A stretch of DNA of 64,000 bases, taken from Crocinitomicaceae bacterium. GTDB lineage: Bacteria; Bacteroidota; Bacteroidia; Flavobacteriales_D; Crocinitomicaceae. The position numbers and the translations under genes were made by a program. This document shows positions 19,068 to 28,476 of the stretch, one piece after another (position 1 is the stretch's first letter; each line of letters starts with the position of its first letter). The notes below the pieces were generated by a model. That model saw only the letters and a list, made by a program, of their open reading frames with translations, searched no databases and had not been told where the DNA came from. The stretch spans positions 30,453 through 94,452 of the forward strand of contig JAHEMQ010000005.1 in assembly GCA_024643555.1 (NCBI GenBank). Reading direction: 5' to 3'.

Positions 19068-19868
19068 TTATTGTTCGTCTTTCACAAGACTCAAATTGAT
19101 TAAGGCTTGAAAGGTGAATCCATCCGGTTCGGTAATTGGAGAAAATTCGACATCGAATGGTTTGTTTATAAATGATTTTTCGTTGTTTTTTAAGGTTTTC
19201 AGCATAGGACTTTCCACATTAAATGCTAAAGTTGTACTTTGGTTTTCTGTCCCAAGTACGATGAAATTCCTTCCAAAAGCTTCGTCAAATCCACGGAAAC
19301 GTGTTTCAAAATCACCAGTACGTTTGATGATGTCTAATGCTTCACGGTGAGAACAGACGTGTTTTTCTCCTACAGAAAGTGTTTGCAAGGAAAGATTCTC
19401 TTGTTTGGAAGATCGTTGAAAGGTAGCAATCACGGATTCGTTGGAACTATAGTAGGATCGCTCTTCGGAAAAATAAGGAACCTTTAACTCGTAATGTGCT
19501 GTAATTTGTTGACTGACTGTCTTCAACCCATCGCAGAAATAAAACGTTCGCTCGTATTTTTTACCACTTGTTAAATTCTCTATTTGTTTGATCTTGACAA
19601 TGTTCATATTGGCGTCTAACCAAGCTGTTGCTTCGTTTGTGTTCCCGTCTGAATCTGTGTAAAACAAGCCCTGAATCTTTTGAAGCGCTTTATTTTCATC
19701 TATTTTTTGAACGTATTTTTCAAAGACAACTAAGTCCTTGAATTCCTCAGAAAATGCAATGCGTTTTTTGACTTTTTCTGGAGTGCTAGAAACGGATTCA
19801 TGTTGACAATTCACCAAGCTGAACAATAATAAAAAGAGTAGTAGAGTAGGGCGGAAAATAGTTTTCAT
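19068..19868 (-). CDS. hypothetical lipoprotein
   Basis: Lipobox LVNC after MKTIFRPTLLLFLLLFS. Start trimmed to the ATG at 19868. Confidence 0.6.
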   Translation of the reverse strand: MKTIFRPTLLLFLLLFSLVNCQHESVSSTPEKVKKRIAFSEEFKDLVVFEKYVQKIDENKALQKIQGLFYTDSDGNTNEATAWLDANMNIVKIKQIENLTSGKKYERTFYFCDGLKTVSQQITAHYELKVPYFSEERSYYSSNESVIATFQRSSKQENLSLQTLSVGEKHVCSHREALDIIKRTGDFETRFRGFDEAFGRNFIVLGTENQSTTLAFNVESPMLKTLKNNEKSFINKPFDVEFSPITEPDGFTFQALINLSLVKDEQ

Positions 19869-19961
19869 ACGATCAATCTCAAATAGCAGCGTGAAGTTAC
19901 ACATTCGTCCTTAATTTCACGCTTTCATCTGTAAATCTTCTTCATTGCTGCGTATGTTTTG

Positions 19962-19969
19962 TACATTTG
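19962..19969 (+). promoter_or_regulatory. -7 promoter box TACATTTG, 3 nt before the ruvX ATG (leaderless geometry)
   Basis: TACATTTG-TCT-ATG. Confidence 0.45.
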
Positions 19970-19972
19970 TCT

Positions 19973-20380
19973 ATGCCTAAAATTCTTGCCATCGACTTTG
20001 GATTAAAACGAACAGGACTAGCGTTAAGCGACGATTACGGCATCATTGCCAGTCCACTTACGACTGTTGAATCAGAAAAACTAATGCAATTCTTAGTTCA
20101 GTTGTGCGCAAAAGAAAAAATAGCAGTGATGGTGTTGGGTTATCCAACGCGATTGGACGGATCCGATACACATATAACAGAAAATGTTCGCATGCTGCAG
20201 TCCGTTTTGCAAAAGGAATTCCCAGCAATAAATGTGGTTTTTCAGGATGAACGCTTCAGCTCTTCGCGTGCGATGGAAGCCATTCATTCTATGGGAAAAA
20301 AGAAGAAATTGAAAGAAAAAACCTTAGTGGATAAACTTGCAGCTACTTTGATTTTACAAGATTACTTATCCCAACAATAA
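19973..20380 (+). CDS. ruvX: Holliday junction resolvase-like / pre-16S rRNA nuclease RuvX (YqgF)
   Basis: MPKILAIDFGLKRTGLA N-terminus typical of YqgF. About 135 aa. Confidence 0.9.
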   Translation: MPKILAIDFGLKRTGLALSDDYGIIASPLTTVESEKLMQFLVQLCAKEKIAVMVLGYPTRLDGSDTHITENVRMLQSVLQKEFPAINVVFQDERFSSSRAMEAIHSMGKKKKLKEKTLVDKLAATLILQDYLSQQ

Positions 20381-20397
20381 ATTCAAGTAGAATTCCT

Positions 20398-20405
20398 TAA
20401 TTTTG
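20398..20405 (+). promoter_or_regulatory. -7 promoter box TAATTTTG, 4 nt before the def ATG (leaderless geometry)
   Basis: TAATTTTG-CGAC-ATG. Confidence 0.45.
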
Positions 20406-20409
20406 CGAC

Positions 20410-21009
20410 ATGATATTACCGATAGTTGCATACGGAGATCCAGTTCTAAAAAAGGAAGCGGATGAAATTGATGAAACATATCCAGATTTAGCGAAGTTAA
20501 TTTCGGATATGTTCGATACCATGTATCATGCCAAGGGAGTTGGACTGGCTGCACCTCAAATAGGAAAAAGTATCCGTTTGTTTATCGTGGATGGGAGTCC
20601 GTTCGCAGATGAAGAAGACGATGAACCGGACCCAAAGGCGGAAGGGATTGAACATTTTAAGAAAGTATTCATCAATCCAATTATTGAAGAGGAAACAGGT
20701 GAGAAATGGGCCTTTCAAGAAGGATGTTTATCGATTCCTAAAATCCGTGAAAACGTCATGCGGAAGGAGAAAGTCCTCATCACTTATTATGATGAAAATT
20801 GGGAATTTCATGAAGAGACCTACGATGGGTATGCGGCGCGTATTATTCAACACGAATATGATCACATTGAAGGAATCCTTTTTACGGATCACCTTTCTCC
20901 GTTGAAAAAGAAAATGTTAACAAAACGACTACAAAATATTACCTCAGGTAGAATTGACATTGATTATAAAATGTCCTTTCCTGGTGGAAAAAAACCAAAA
21001 ATGATATGA
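20410..21009 (+). CDS. def: peptide deformylase
   Basis: The three PDF motifs: GVGLAAPQ, EGCLS and HEYDH. Confidence 0.95.
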   Translation: MILPIVAYGDPVLKKEADEIDETYPDLAKLISDMFDTMYHAKGVGLAAPQIGKSIRLFIVDGSPFADEEDDEPDPKAEGIEHFKKVFINPIIEEETGEKWAFQEGCLSIPKIRENVMRKEKVLITYYDENWEFHEETYDGYAARIIQHEYDHIEGILFTDHLSPLKKKMLTKRLQNITSGRIDIDYKMSFPGGKKPKMI

Positions 21010-21557
21010 GAATTACGTATGCCTTTTTCATTTTTTTGAGTTTCTCTCTTTTGCTTGGAGCATGTGGAGGCCCTGCAAAAACGGATAAAAAAACGGAATT
21101 GAAAACGAGTATCAAAGCCATGGAGGATTCCATCAGTACGATTCAAAAGGACCCAATGCAAGCGGCGAAGATGCCAAGTTTGACCAATATTGAATTGATT
21201 AACCGACTTTTGGCTTATTACCATGCGTTTCCGCAGGATAAATATGCGGCGGAATGTTTGTTCAAGGTTCACATTAAATACAGTGATTTACAAGCTTATG
21301 AACTTTCTGTTTCTTACGGAGACACCTTGTTGCAATTGTTTCCGAAATATGAAAACAAGGAATTTTTATTGGAAAGCATTGCGAGCACATATGATGTTTT
21401 AATCGAGCCAAGAGATGAGCAAAAAGTTCGTTTTTACTACGAGCTTTTGTTAAAAGAGAATTTAAAGCCAACTAAACGCAAGGACATTGAAAATCGTTTG
21501 GCACATATTGACATGGATTTTTTCGAATACAGTCAATTCCGTATGAATGGAAAGTAG
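21006..21557 (+). CDS. hypothetical lipoprotein
   Basis: Lipobox LGAC, helical repeat-like composition, and an ATGA overlap with the def stop. Confidence 0.6.
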   Translation: MRITYAFFIFLSFSLLLGACGGPAKTDKKTELKTSIKAMEDSISTIQKDPMQAAKMPSLTNIELINRLLAYYHAFPQDKYAAECLFKVHIKYSDLQAYELSVSYGDTLLQLFPKYENKEFLLESIASTYDVLIEPRDEQKVRFYYELLLKENLKPTKRKDIENRLAHIDMDFFEYSQFRMNGK

Positions 21558-21558
21558 G

Positions 21559-22794
21559 CTAGTTGCCTAAATCGTTAAAAAAATTCGGATAGGATTTTGC
21601 CACACAATGTTCATCCGAAAGAATGATGTCATTTTGTGAAAGGCATCCAGCAATGCTCGCAGCCATGGCAATGCGATGATCGTGATGCGTTTGTATCATT
21701 CCGCCAAGTATCTTTCCGGTTCCATGAATTTGTAGTTCATTTGAATGTAATTCATGGTTAACTCCGAAGGTGTCAAGAAGCTTACACATGACCAAAAGTC
21801 GGTCAGATTCTTTGTTTTTTAAGCGTTCAACACCACGGATGATGGAAGTTCCATGGACAGAACAAGCCAAAATGACAAGTATTGGAAACAAGTCAGGGCA
21901 ATCCGTAATTGTTGCTTGAAAAGTACGTTTCGTATCTGCTTGTGAAATGCATAGCACTTTGTCTTCCCAATGTGCCTTCGCACCGAATGACTGTATGAAG
22001 TCCATGATGCTTCGATCGGCTTGCATAGATGTAGCTTGTAAACCAGTAATCCGAATACTTCCCGAAATGGAAGCTCCAACGATGAAGTTTGCTGCACCAC
22101 TCCAATCTCCTTCTATTTGATAAGCATCGCTATGGTAGGATGATTGGTTCGAAATGAAAAAAGTATCGGAACTAATTTCAACAATGCGAATTCCTGTCGT
22201 ACGCATGCGCTGAAGTGTCAATGCCAAATAAGGTTTGCTTTTTAATTTTTCTAAGTGCACTTGAAGTCCATTGGGTAGGTGTGGTGCGAGAAGGCATAGG
22301 CCACTAATAGCTTGTGAACCCTCAGAACCATCCACGGAAATTTCGGAAAAACCAATCTTCCCTCGGATGTGTAACGGCAATTTACCTTCGTTTGAATCTA
22401 CTTGTAATCCGAGTTGTTTTAAAATCGTTATCAATTGATGTTGCTCTCGTTGAAGTAAGGTTCCCGTTCCATTTAGGGAGACATCTTCGCTGCATAATAA
22501 GCTCATGAACGCGATGGTCCGTAAGGCAAAACCACTTTCTCCAACATTTAAGACCAATGCTTTTTTGTTTTCTTTTTGAATTGGAATTACTTTCGTGGGA
22601 TTCGTTCCGTGAAATTCAGCCCCAATTTCACTTAAACAACGCTTCATGGAAAGAACATCCTCTGATTCATCTAAACCATGAATCCGTGATATTCCTGAAC
22701 TGAATGCAGCTAGAATCAAGCAGCGTTGCGCATCGCTTTTCGAAGCATTTGCTTGAATTTCATGATTAAATAGATAGTGGCTAATCGTTTTCAT
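21559..22794 (-). CDS. aroA: 3-phosphoshikimate 1-carboxyvinyltransferase (EPSP synthase)
   Basis: EPSP synthase length and conserved segments (SKSDAQR, NVGESGFALR, DHRIAMA). Confidence 0.85.
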   Translation of the reverse strand: MKTISHYLFNHEIQANASKSDAQRCLILAAFSSGISRIHGLDESEDVLSMKRCLSEIGAEFHGTNPTKVIPIQKENKKALVLNVGESGFALRTIAFMSLLCSEDVSLNGTGTLLQREQHQLITILKQLGLQVDSNEGKLPLHIRGKIGFSEISVDGSEGSQAISGLCLLAPHLPNGLQVHLEKLKSKPYLALTLQRMRTTGIRIVEISSDTFFISNQSSYHSDAYQIEGDWSGAANFIVGASISGSIRITGLQATSMQADRSIMDFIQSFGAKAHWEDKVLCISQADTKRTFQATITDCPDLFPILVILACSVHGTSIIRGVERLKNKESDRLLVMCKLLDTFGVNHELHSNELQIHGTGKILGGMIQTHHDHRIAMAASIAGCLSQNDIILSDEHCVAKSYPNFFNDLGN

Positions 22795-23827
22795 TGGTAG
22801 ACAGAATTTCTGACTGAATGCGAATAGAATCCTGATGTATAAGTTTAAAAAGCTGTGTTACAAACTCTTCTGATAGTCCTGCGATACTTGCTTTTTGTAC
22901 ATTTTTTTTAAGTGCTTCTTCCCAACGATTACTTTGAAGAATGACGTGGTTGTGATCTTTTTTAAATTGTCCAATTTGCGAAGAAATAAATGTTCGGTGT
23001 TTGAGCAATTGAATCAACGCTTCATCTGTTTCATTTAATTGATCCCGCAAAGCGAACATGGAATCTTCATCTATTTCGGAACGATTGCGAATGGTTAAAG
23101 ACTTCAAAAGTTCTCTCAATTCGATTGGTGTGATTTGTTGTTTGGCATCTGTCCATGCTACACTGGGATTCATATGCGACTCAATCATCAAACCATCGTA
23201 TTTTAAATCCATGGCTTTTTGCGCTAGGGGTAAAAGAAGATGTGCCCTTCCGCCGATGTGCGAGGGGTCGCAGATGAGAGGTATTTCAGGCATTTCCTGT
23301 TTTAAGTCAATGGGAATTTGCCAATTCGGATCATTGCGATAAAGCGTTTTTTCATAAACAGAAAATCCACGATGAATCGCCGTTACGTCTGTGATTCCTG
23401 CTTTCATGATGCGCTCAATGGCACCAATCCAAAGTTTTAGATCCGGATTCACAGGATTTTTTACCATCACTTTGATATTGGTCCCTTTTAAGGCTTCTGC
23501 AATTTCTTGAACGGTGAATGGATTAACGGTGGATCTTGCACCCACCCATATCATGTCCAACTTATTTTTCAAGGCAATTTCAACGTGTTCCGCTTTTGCC
23601 ACTTCAGTTGCGATTTTCAATCCGTAGGTTTCGCGGACTTCGCATAGCCACGAAATACCGACATCGCCAATTCCTTCGAATTCACCTGGTCTTGTTCGGG
23701 GCTTCCAAATCCCTGCTCGAAAGTAATCGATTCCCAAGTCGGATAAACCACGGGCTGTTTCCAAAACTTGGCTTCGTGTTTCCGCGCTGCACGGACCAGA
23801 AATCACGATGGTATTTGCTGGCATCAT
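22781..23827 (-). CDS. bifunctional 3-deoxy-7-phosphoheptulonate (DAHP) synthase / chorismate mutase type II
   Basis: N-terminal KDOPS-like type I-beta DAHPS (GPCSAE, DPSH) and a C-terminal helical CM domain of about 90 aa. Confidence 0.85.
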   Translation of the reverse strand: MMPANTIVISGPCSAETRSQVLETARGLSDLGIDYFRAGIWKPRTRPGEFEGIGDVGISWLCEVRETYGLKIATEVAKAEHVEIALKNKLDMIWVGARSTVNPFTVQEIAEALKGTNIKVMVKNPVNPDLKLWIGAIERIMKAGITDVTAIHRGFSVYEKTLYRNDPNWQIPIDLKQEMPEIPLICDPSHIGGRAHLLLPLAQKAMDLKYDGLMIESHMNPSVAWTDAKQQITPIELRELLKSLTIRNRSEIDEDSMFALRDQLNETDEALIQLLKHRTFISSQIGQFKKDHNHVILQSNRWEEALKKNVQKASIAGLSEEFVTQLFKLIHQDSIRIQSEILSTNEND

Positions 23828-23840
23828 AGGCTATAAGAGA

Positions 23841-23865
23841 CAAAAAAGGGGAACGAATTCCCCTT
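23841..23865 (-). terminator. intrinsic terminator downstream of rny
   Basis: 8-bp stem AAGGGGAA/TTCCCCTT with a 4-nt loop, followed by a T run on the minus strand. Confidence 0.7.
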
Positions 23866-23869
23866 GTAA

Positions 23870-25399
23870 TTATTTTGCGTAATGAACGGATCGTTTTTCT
23901 CGAATCACCGTCACTTTGACTTGTCCGGGATACGTCATTTCCGTTTGAATGCGTTGCGAAATGTTAAATGACAATTCCTCAGAACGTTGATCTGTTACTT
24001 TTTCGGCTTCAACCAATACGCGCAATTCGCGTCCTGCTTGAATTGCGTAAGCACTGGAAACACCATCATAAGACAAGGCTAAATTCTCCAATTCTTTAAT
24101 GCGTTTGATATACGCCTCAACGATTTCTCTACGTGCTCCCGGACGTGCACCTGAAATGGCATCGCAAACTTGAACAATAGGAGAAATCAAAGTTGTCATT
24201 TCAATTTCATCGTGGTGTGCACCAATGGCATTTAAAACATCTCCTTTTTCGCCAAATTTCTCAGCGATTTTCATCCCAAGGATGGCATGCGGTAATTCTG
24301 GCTCTTCGTCAGGAACTTTACCAATGTCATGTAACAAGCCAGCACGTTTCGCCAATTTTACGTTGAGTCCGAGTTCGGCAGCCATTATCGCACATAAATT
24401 CGCGACTTCTCTCGAGTGCTGAAGTAAGTTTTGTCCGTAGGAAGAACGGTATTTCATGCGTCCAACCATGCGCATTAATTCTGGATGTAAACCGTGAATA
24501 CCAAGATCGATACATGTTCTTCGTCCTGTTTCTGCGATTTCTTCATCCAGTTGCTTGCGTGTTTTTGCAACAACTTCTTCAATACGAGCAGGATGAATAC
24601 GTCCGTCCGAAACCAATTGGTGTAAAGACAAACGAGCAATCTCGCGACGAACAGGATCGAAACAGGAAAGGATGATTGCTTCTGGGGTATCATCCACGAT
24701 GATTTCCACACCTGTTGCTGCTTCCAAAGCACGTATGTTTCGTCCTTCACGACCAATGATTCTACCTTTTACTTCATCTGATTCAATATTGAAAACAGAT
24801 ACTGCATTTTCTACCGCTTGCTCCGTAGCCACACGCTGAATCGATTGAATTACGATTTTTCGCGCTTCTTTATTCGCGTTCAGTTTCGCTTCCTCAGTGA
24901 TTTCTTTAATGGTTGCCATAGCTGCCGTGCGGGCTTCATCTGTCAAGGCTGTCATTAAGTGATTTTTTGCATCTTCTGGACTCAAGTTGCTGATTTTAGA
25001 TAATTCAGCGACTTGTTTTTGCTGCATTTTATCCAATTCAGCTTGTCTCACTTCCAATGCTTGCACTTTTGCTTCGTAATCCCCTTTTGCTTTTTCCGCT
25101 TCTTTTTCTTTGCGGTTGAGCTCTTCTAGTTTTTGGTTTAATGTTTTTTCTTTTGCACGGAAGCGATCCTCATTTGATTGCATTCGTTTTTCACGTTCAC
25201 GGATGGATTCTTCGTGTTCTTCTTTTTGTTTTAGAAATTTCTCTTTGGACTGAAGCGCGCGTTCTTTGCGAATGTTTTCTGCCTCGAGTTCAGCATTCTT
25301 AATGATTTGCTGACTTTTAGATTGAATTAAGAAGCGTTGAGCAATAAATGTCCCTCCAGCTCCTCCAAATAAACCTATTAATAATCCTACTGACCACAT
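23870..25399 (-). CDS. rny: ribonuclease Y
   Basis: N-terminal TM helix, long coiled coil, KH domain ([12 protein letters not shown]) and HD domain (LLHDIGK). Confidence 0.95.
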   Translation of the reverse strand: MWSVGLLIGLFGGAGGTFIAQRFLIQSKSQQIIKNAELEAENIRKERALQSKEKFLKQKEEHEESIREREKRMQSNEDRFRAKEKTLNQKLEELNRKEKEAEKAKGDYEAKVQALEVRQAELDKMQQKQVAELSKISNLSPEDAKNHLMTALTDEARTAAMATIKEITEEAKLNANKEARKIVIQSIQRVATEQAVENAVSVFNIESDEVKGRIIGREGRNIRALEAATGVEIIVDDTPEAIILSCFDPVRREIARLSLHQLVSDGRIHPARIEEVVAKTRKQLDEEIAETGRRTCIDLGIHGLHPELMRMVGRMKYRSSYGQNLLQHSREVANLCAIMAAELGLNVKLAKRAGLLHDIGKVPDEEPELPHAILGMKIAEKFGEKGDVLNAIGAHHDEIEMTTLISPIVQVCDAISGARPGARREIVEAYIKRIKELENLALSYDGVSSAYAIQAGRELRVLVEAEKVTDQRSEELSFNISQRIQTEMTYPGQVKVTVIREKRSVHYAK

Positions 25400-25445
25400 A
25401 TTCTTTAATTTATGAATAAATATTGGTCGTTGAAATGAATGTTAA

Positions 25446-25739
25446 TTATTGAATTCCGTCTAACTCGTTTGAAAGGTGAGACAATGCGTCCTCAATTTCA
25501 GTATAATCGACAGGCACTTGTTCATTGGCCGTTACTTCATTACTCGCTTTCGCTAATAACTGCAAGGCCGTCATGGCTAACAAGTCTTGATTATCGTTTA
25601 CAGCATAATTCTTACGTAGCAATTCAACCGCTTTGTTAATATCTGCGGCCGCTTTGGTTACCTTTTCCTCATCACTAACCGGCACATTCAGTGGGTAAGT
25701 TCTTCCAGCAATGGTAATTTTAAGTGATACTTTGCTCAT
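25446..25739 (-). CDS. zapA: cell division protein ZapA
   Basis: 97 aa starting ITIAGRTYPL, typical of ZapA, and sitting in a zapA-rny arrangement. Confidence 0.75.
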   Translation of the reverse strand: MSKVSLKITIAGRTYPLNVPVSDEEKVTKAAADINKAVELLRKNYAVNDNQDLLAMTALQLLAKASNEVTANEQVPVDYTEIEDALSHLSNELDGIQ

Positions 25740-26053
25740 TATGATTGCTTCAACTGTTCGATACAGAATTCAATTTCTTTCACTAATTCATCTATTTCCT
25801 GTTCGTTTTTACCTTTCACGGTAACAGGAATTTCAACGACTTTGTTTTCAGCCAATTGTAAAGCGGACTTTAGGGATTCATTTTCTTCTTTCAAGAGGGA
25901 AATGGCAGTTGCTTCCGATGCTAATAGCGCTTCCTTACGATCGATTTCTTCTTGTAGAATCGCGTTTTTCGAACGTTCAGCGCGAAGGGCTTCCCCAATT
26001 CGCACTACTTTTCGACTTATCTCTTGTATGGTATCTTGAATCTTTTCAGTCAT
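25739..26053 (-). CDS. small coiled-coil protein, translationally coupled to zapA
   Basis: 104 aa with heptad-rich, charged sequence. Its stop overlaps the zapA start as TAATG. Confidence 0.6.
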   Translation of the reverse strand: MTEKIQDTIQEISRKVVRIGEALRAERSKNAILQEEIDRKEALLASEATAISLLKEENESLKSALQLAENKVVEIPVTVKGKNEQEIDELVKEIEFCIEQLKQS

Positions 26054-26069
26054 TACTTTTGACTTTGTA

Positions 26070-26077
26070 CAAAGTTA
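26070..26077 (-). promoter_or_regulatory. -7 promoter box TAACTTTG, 16 nt upstream of the coiled-coil gene
   Basis: Perfect TAnnTTTG on the minus strand. Confidence 0.45.
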
Positions 26078-26136
26078 ACAAGCATTCGATTACATTTATC
26101 ATTTTTTGAAACTATTTTCCATTTTTTTTGAAAGTG

Positions 26137-26144
26137 TATCTTTG
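26137..26144 (+). promoter_or_regulatory. -7 promoter box TATCTTTG, 3 nt before the M23 peptidase ATG (leaderless geometry)
   Basis: TATCTTTG-TCC-ATG. Confidence 0.45.
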
Positions 26145-26147
26145 TCC

Positions 26148-27833
26148 ATGATCAAATGCCTGCAGATTCTCTTTTTTTGTTGTTTACATTTTTTCGTGCG
26201 GACTCAAACGGTCCGAGTAGATTCTTGTTGGACTTCACCCATTGGTATCACACCTGTATTAAGTGCAGGTTTTGGTGATATTCGTCCAAATCATTTTCAC
26301 ATGGGTTTGGATTTTCGAACGAATGGTGTAGAGGGGATTCCGCTTTTTGCAGTAGCCGACGGATATATTTCACGCATTCGTATTTCATCCAGCGGTTATG
26401 GACGTGTGCTGTACATCAATCATCCCAATGGAATGACAACCGTTTATGCGCATTGTGCGCGTTTTTCGGAACGCATCATCAACGTAATCGTTCCTTTACA
26501 AGTTCAATTTAAAGAAAATGAGTTTGATTGGATGCTAAGTCCGGATCAACTTCCAGTAGCGAAGGGAGAACAAATTGCACTCTCTGGAAATAGCGGAAAC
26601 TCTACGGGTCCGCACTTGCATTTTGAACTTCGAGACACAGAGTCGGAACATGCTTTGAATCCTTTATTACATGGATTCCATGTCGATGATATTGCTGCTC
26701 CTGTCCTACATGGCATTCGCTTGGTTGGCATTGACCAGAATGGCTACCTGATTCCAGGGAAAAGTTTGTCGGTCCTCTTGACAAAATGGCAACATACGGT
26801 AGAAATTCCAAAAGATTTTATCGCAGCTAATGAGAAAATTGGTGTATGTATTTCTGTCACTGACCCAATGAAAGTGGGTGGACATGGTTTCGGTTTGTAC
26901 GCCGCTGAAATCTGGACAAATCGGTCTGAGCGTTTCGGTTTCGAACTAAAGGACATTTCCTTTGACGATTCCCGTTACGTAAATAATCACATGGATTACA
27001 ACGAATACAAGTCCAAAGGGATTAAGTTTCAGAAATTATTCCGAACCAAAAACAATCCCCTCGGTATTTATACCATGCAATCACTTGGAGGCATTTCATT
27101 GAAAGGGCAAGATTCCGTTCACTGTAGTTTGATGTTGTCTGATGTGAATGGGAATGAGACTCAGCATACGCTTCAATTGATTTACCCACATGAGCTTTCC
27201 TTGTCAAGTGATCCTTTTTATCGATCGAGTAATTATTTTTTACCGGATTCAAGTTATGTTTTCAGGACTAAAAACATGGTGGTCGAAGTGGACGCAAATA
27301 CATTTTACGAGCCGGAGAAAAAATCCGTGAATCTGTCGCTCAGTCAATTCGGTTCTTCCAAAACAGTGATTCAACGCCCCATTTGTCTTCGAATGAAAGT
27401 CAATCCAACCTTGCCGATCGAGAAATACTACATATCGGTAGGAGGGACTGCCCTTGAGACAAGTCATGAGGAGGGCTGGCTCCTTACAGAGTCAAAACAA
27501 TTAGGAACTTTTTCCGTGAAATCAGATACGGTTGCTCCAATTTTAAAAGAACTTCCAACATCGAGCAATGTCCTTATACCAGCTTTTCTTTCGTGGAAAA
27601 TTTCGGATAGTCAATCGGGAATTTCGAGTTATGATTTATACATTGATGGTGAATGGACTCCCATTTATTATGATCAAAAAAACAATTGCTTGATCTGGCA
27701 AAACAACCGAAGGGCTACCATCATTGGTCCCAAAACTGAACAGTTCATTTCGCTTGAGCTCATTGTAAAAGATCGTTGTGGAAATAAAAGTGTTTGGAAA
27801 AAAAGTCTATTTCTTATCTACGCACCCCGTTAG
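26148..27833 (+). CDS. M23-family metallopeptidase with a long C-terminal extension
   Basis: HMGLDFR and GNSGNSTGPHLHFELR motifs. Start trimmed to the ATG at 26148 (MIKCLQILFF...). Confidence 0.85.
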   Translation: MIKCLQILFFCCLHFFVRTQTVRVDSCWTSPIGITPVLSAGFGDIRPNHFHMGLDFRTNGVEGIPLFAVADGYISRIRISSSGYGRVLYINHPNGMTTVYAHCARFSERIINVIVPLQVQFKENEFDWMLSPDQLPVAKGEQIALSGNSGNSTGPHLHFELRDTESEHALNPLLHGFHVDDIAAPVLHGIRLVGIDQNGYLIPGKSLSVLLTKWQHTVEIPKDFIAANEKIGVCISVTDPMKVGGHGFGLYAAEIWTNRSERFGFELKDISFDDSRYVNNHMDYNEYKSKGIKFQKLFRTKNNPLGIYTMQSLGGISLKGQDSVHCSLMLSDVNGNETQHTLQLIYPHELSLSSDPFYRSSNYFLPDSSYVFRTKNMVVEVDANTFYEPEKKSVNLSLSQFGSSKTVIQRPICLRMKVNPTLPIEKYYISVGGTALETSHEEGWLLTESKQLGTFSVKSDTVAPILKELPTSSNVLIPAFLSWKISDSQSGISSYDLYIDGEWTPIYYDQKNNCLIWQNNRRATIIGPKTEQFISLELIVKDRCGNKSVWKKSLFLIYAPR

Positions 27834-28476
27834 CATCTTTCAGATAAATAGGTGTAAAATAAGCAAGGTCTTCGAATTTGTTTTCTTGAAATTTTTGATA
27901 GGCTATGGATACTTGTCCCCTTGCGCTGGTGAAAAGATCTTCTCTCCATTCAATGGGTCGATGAGCCCATAGTTCTTTGCATTTTTCTAGGCCGTCACCA
28001 AGAATAGTAAACGGTTCGAACGACGAAAAGCTTGTTTCATCCAATACGATGGCATCAAGTGCTTGAATCACCTCGCCGTTGGAGTTATACACTGCTGCGT
28101 ATACTTCCATTCGTCTGGCATCCAGCATAGGGATGATGTTTTTATCACTTTTTGGAACCAAGGAAAATAAGGCATCTAAGGTAGCTACAGAAATCAGTGG
28201 GATTTTCAATGCAAAGCAAATTCCTTTCGCCGTTGAAAGTCCGATTCTTAATCCAGTGTAGGAACCGGGTCCACTTGAAAAACTAACGGCATTCAAGTCG
28301 CTTATTAAGATTCCTGAAGCGTTTAACGCTTCTTGAATAAATCCAGTTAACGCTTCGCTGTGGATGAATCCATCAGCCTGTGTTTCTTTGAAAGACAATA
28401 GTTTTCCATTTAAAGAAACAGCTACACTACAGACCTTGGTGGCTGTTTCAATATGTAATATATAACTATTCGTCAT
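27814..28476 (-). CDS. tsaB: tRNA threonylcarbamoyladenosine biosynthesis protein TsaB (YeaZ)
   Basis: YILHIETATKVCSVA N-terminus and the GPGSYTGLRIG motif. Start trimmed to 28476. Confidence 0.85.
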   Translation of the reverse strand: MTNSYILHIETATKVCSVAVSLNGKLLSFKETQADGFIHSEALTGFIQEALNASGILISDLNAVSFSSGPGSYTGLRIGLSTAKGICFALKIPLISVATLDALFSLVPKSDKNIIPMLDARRMEVYAAVYNSNGEVIQALDAIVLDETSFSSFEPFTILGDGLEKCKELWAHRPIEWREDLFTSARGQVSIAYQKFQENKFEDLAYFTPIYLKDANGVRR

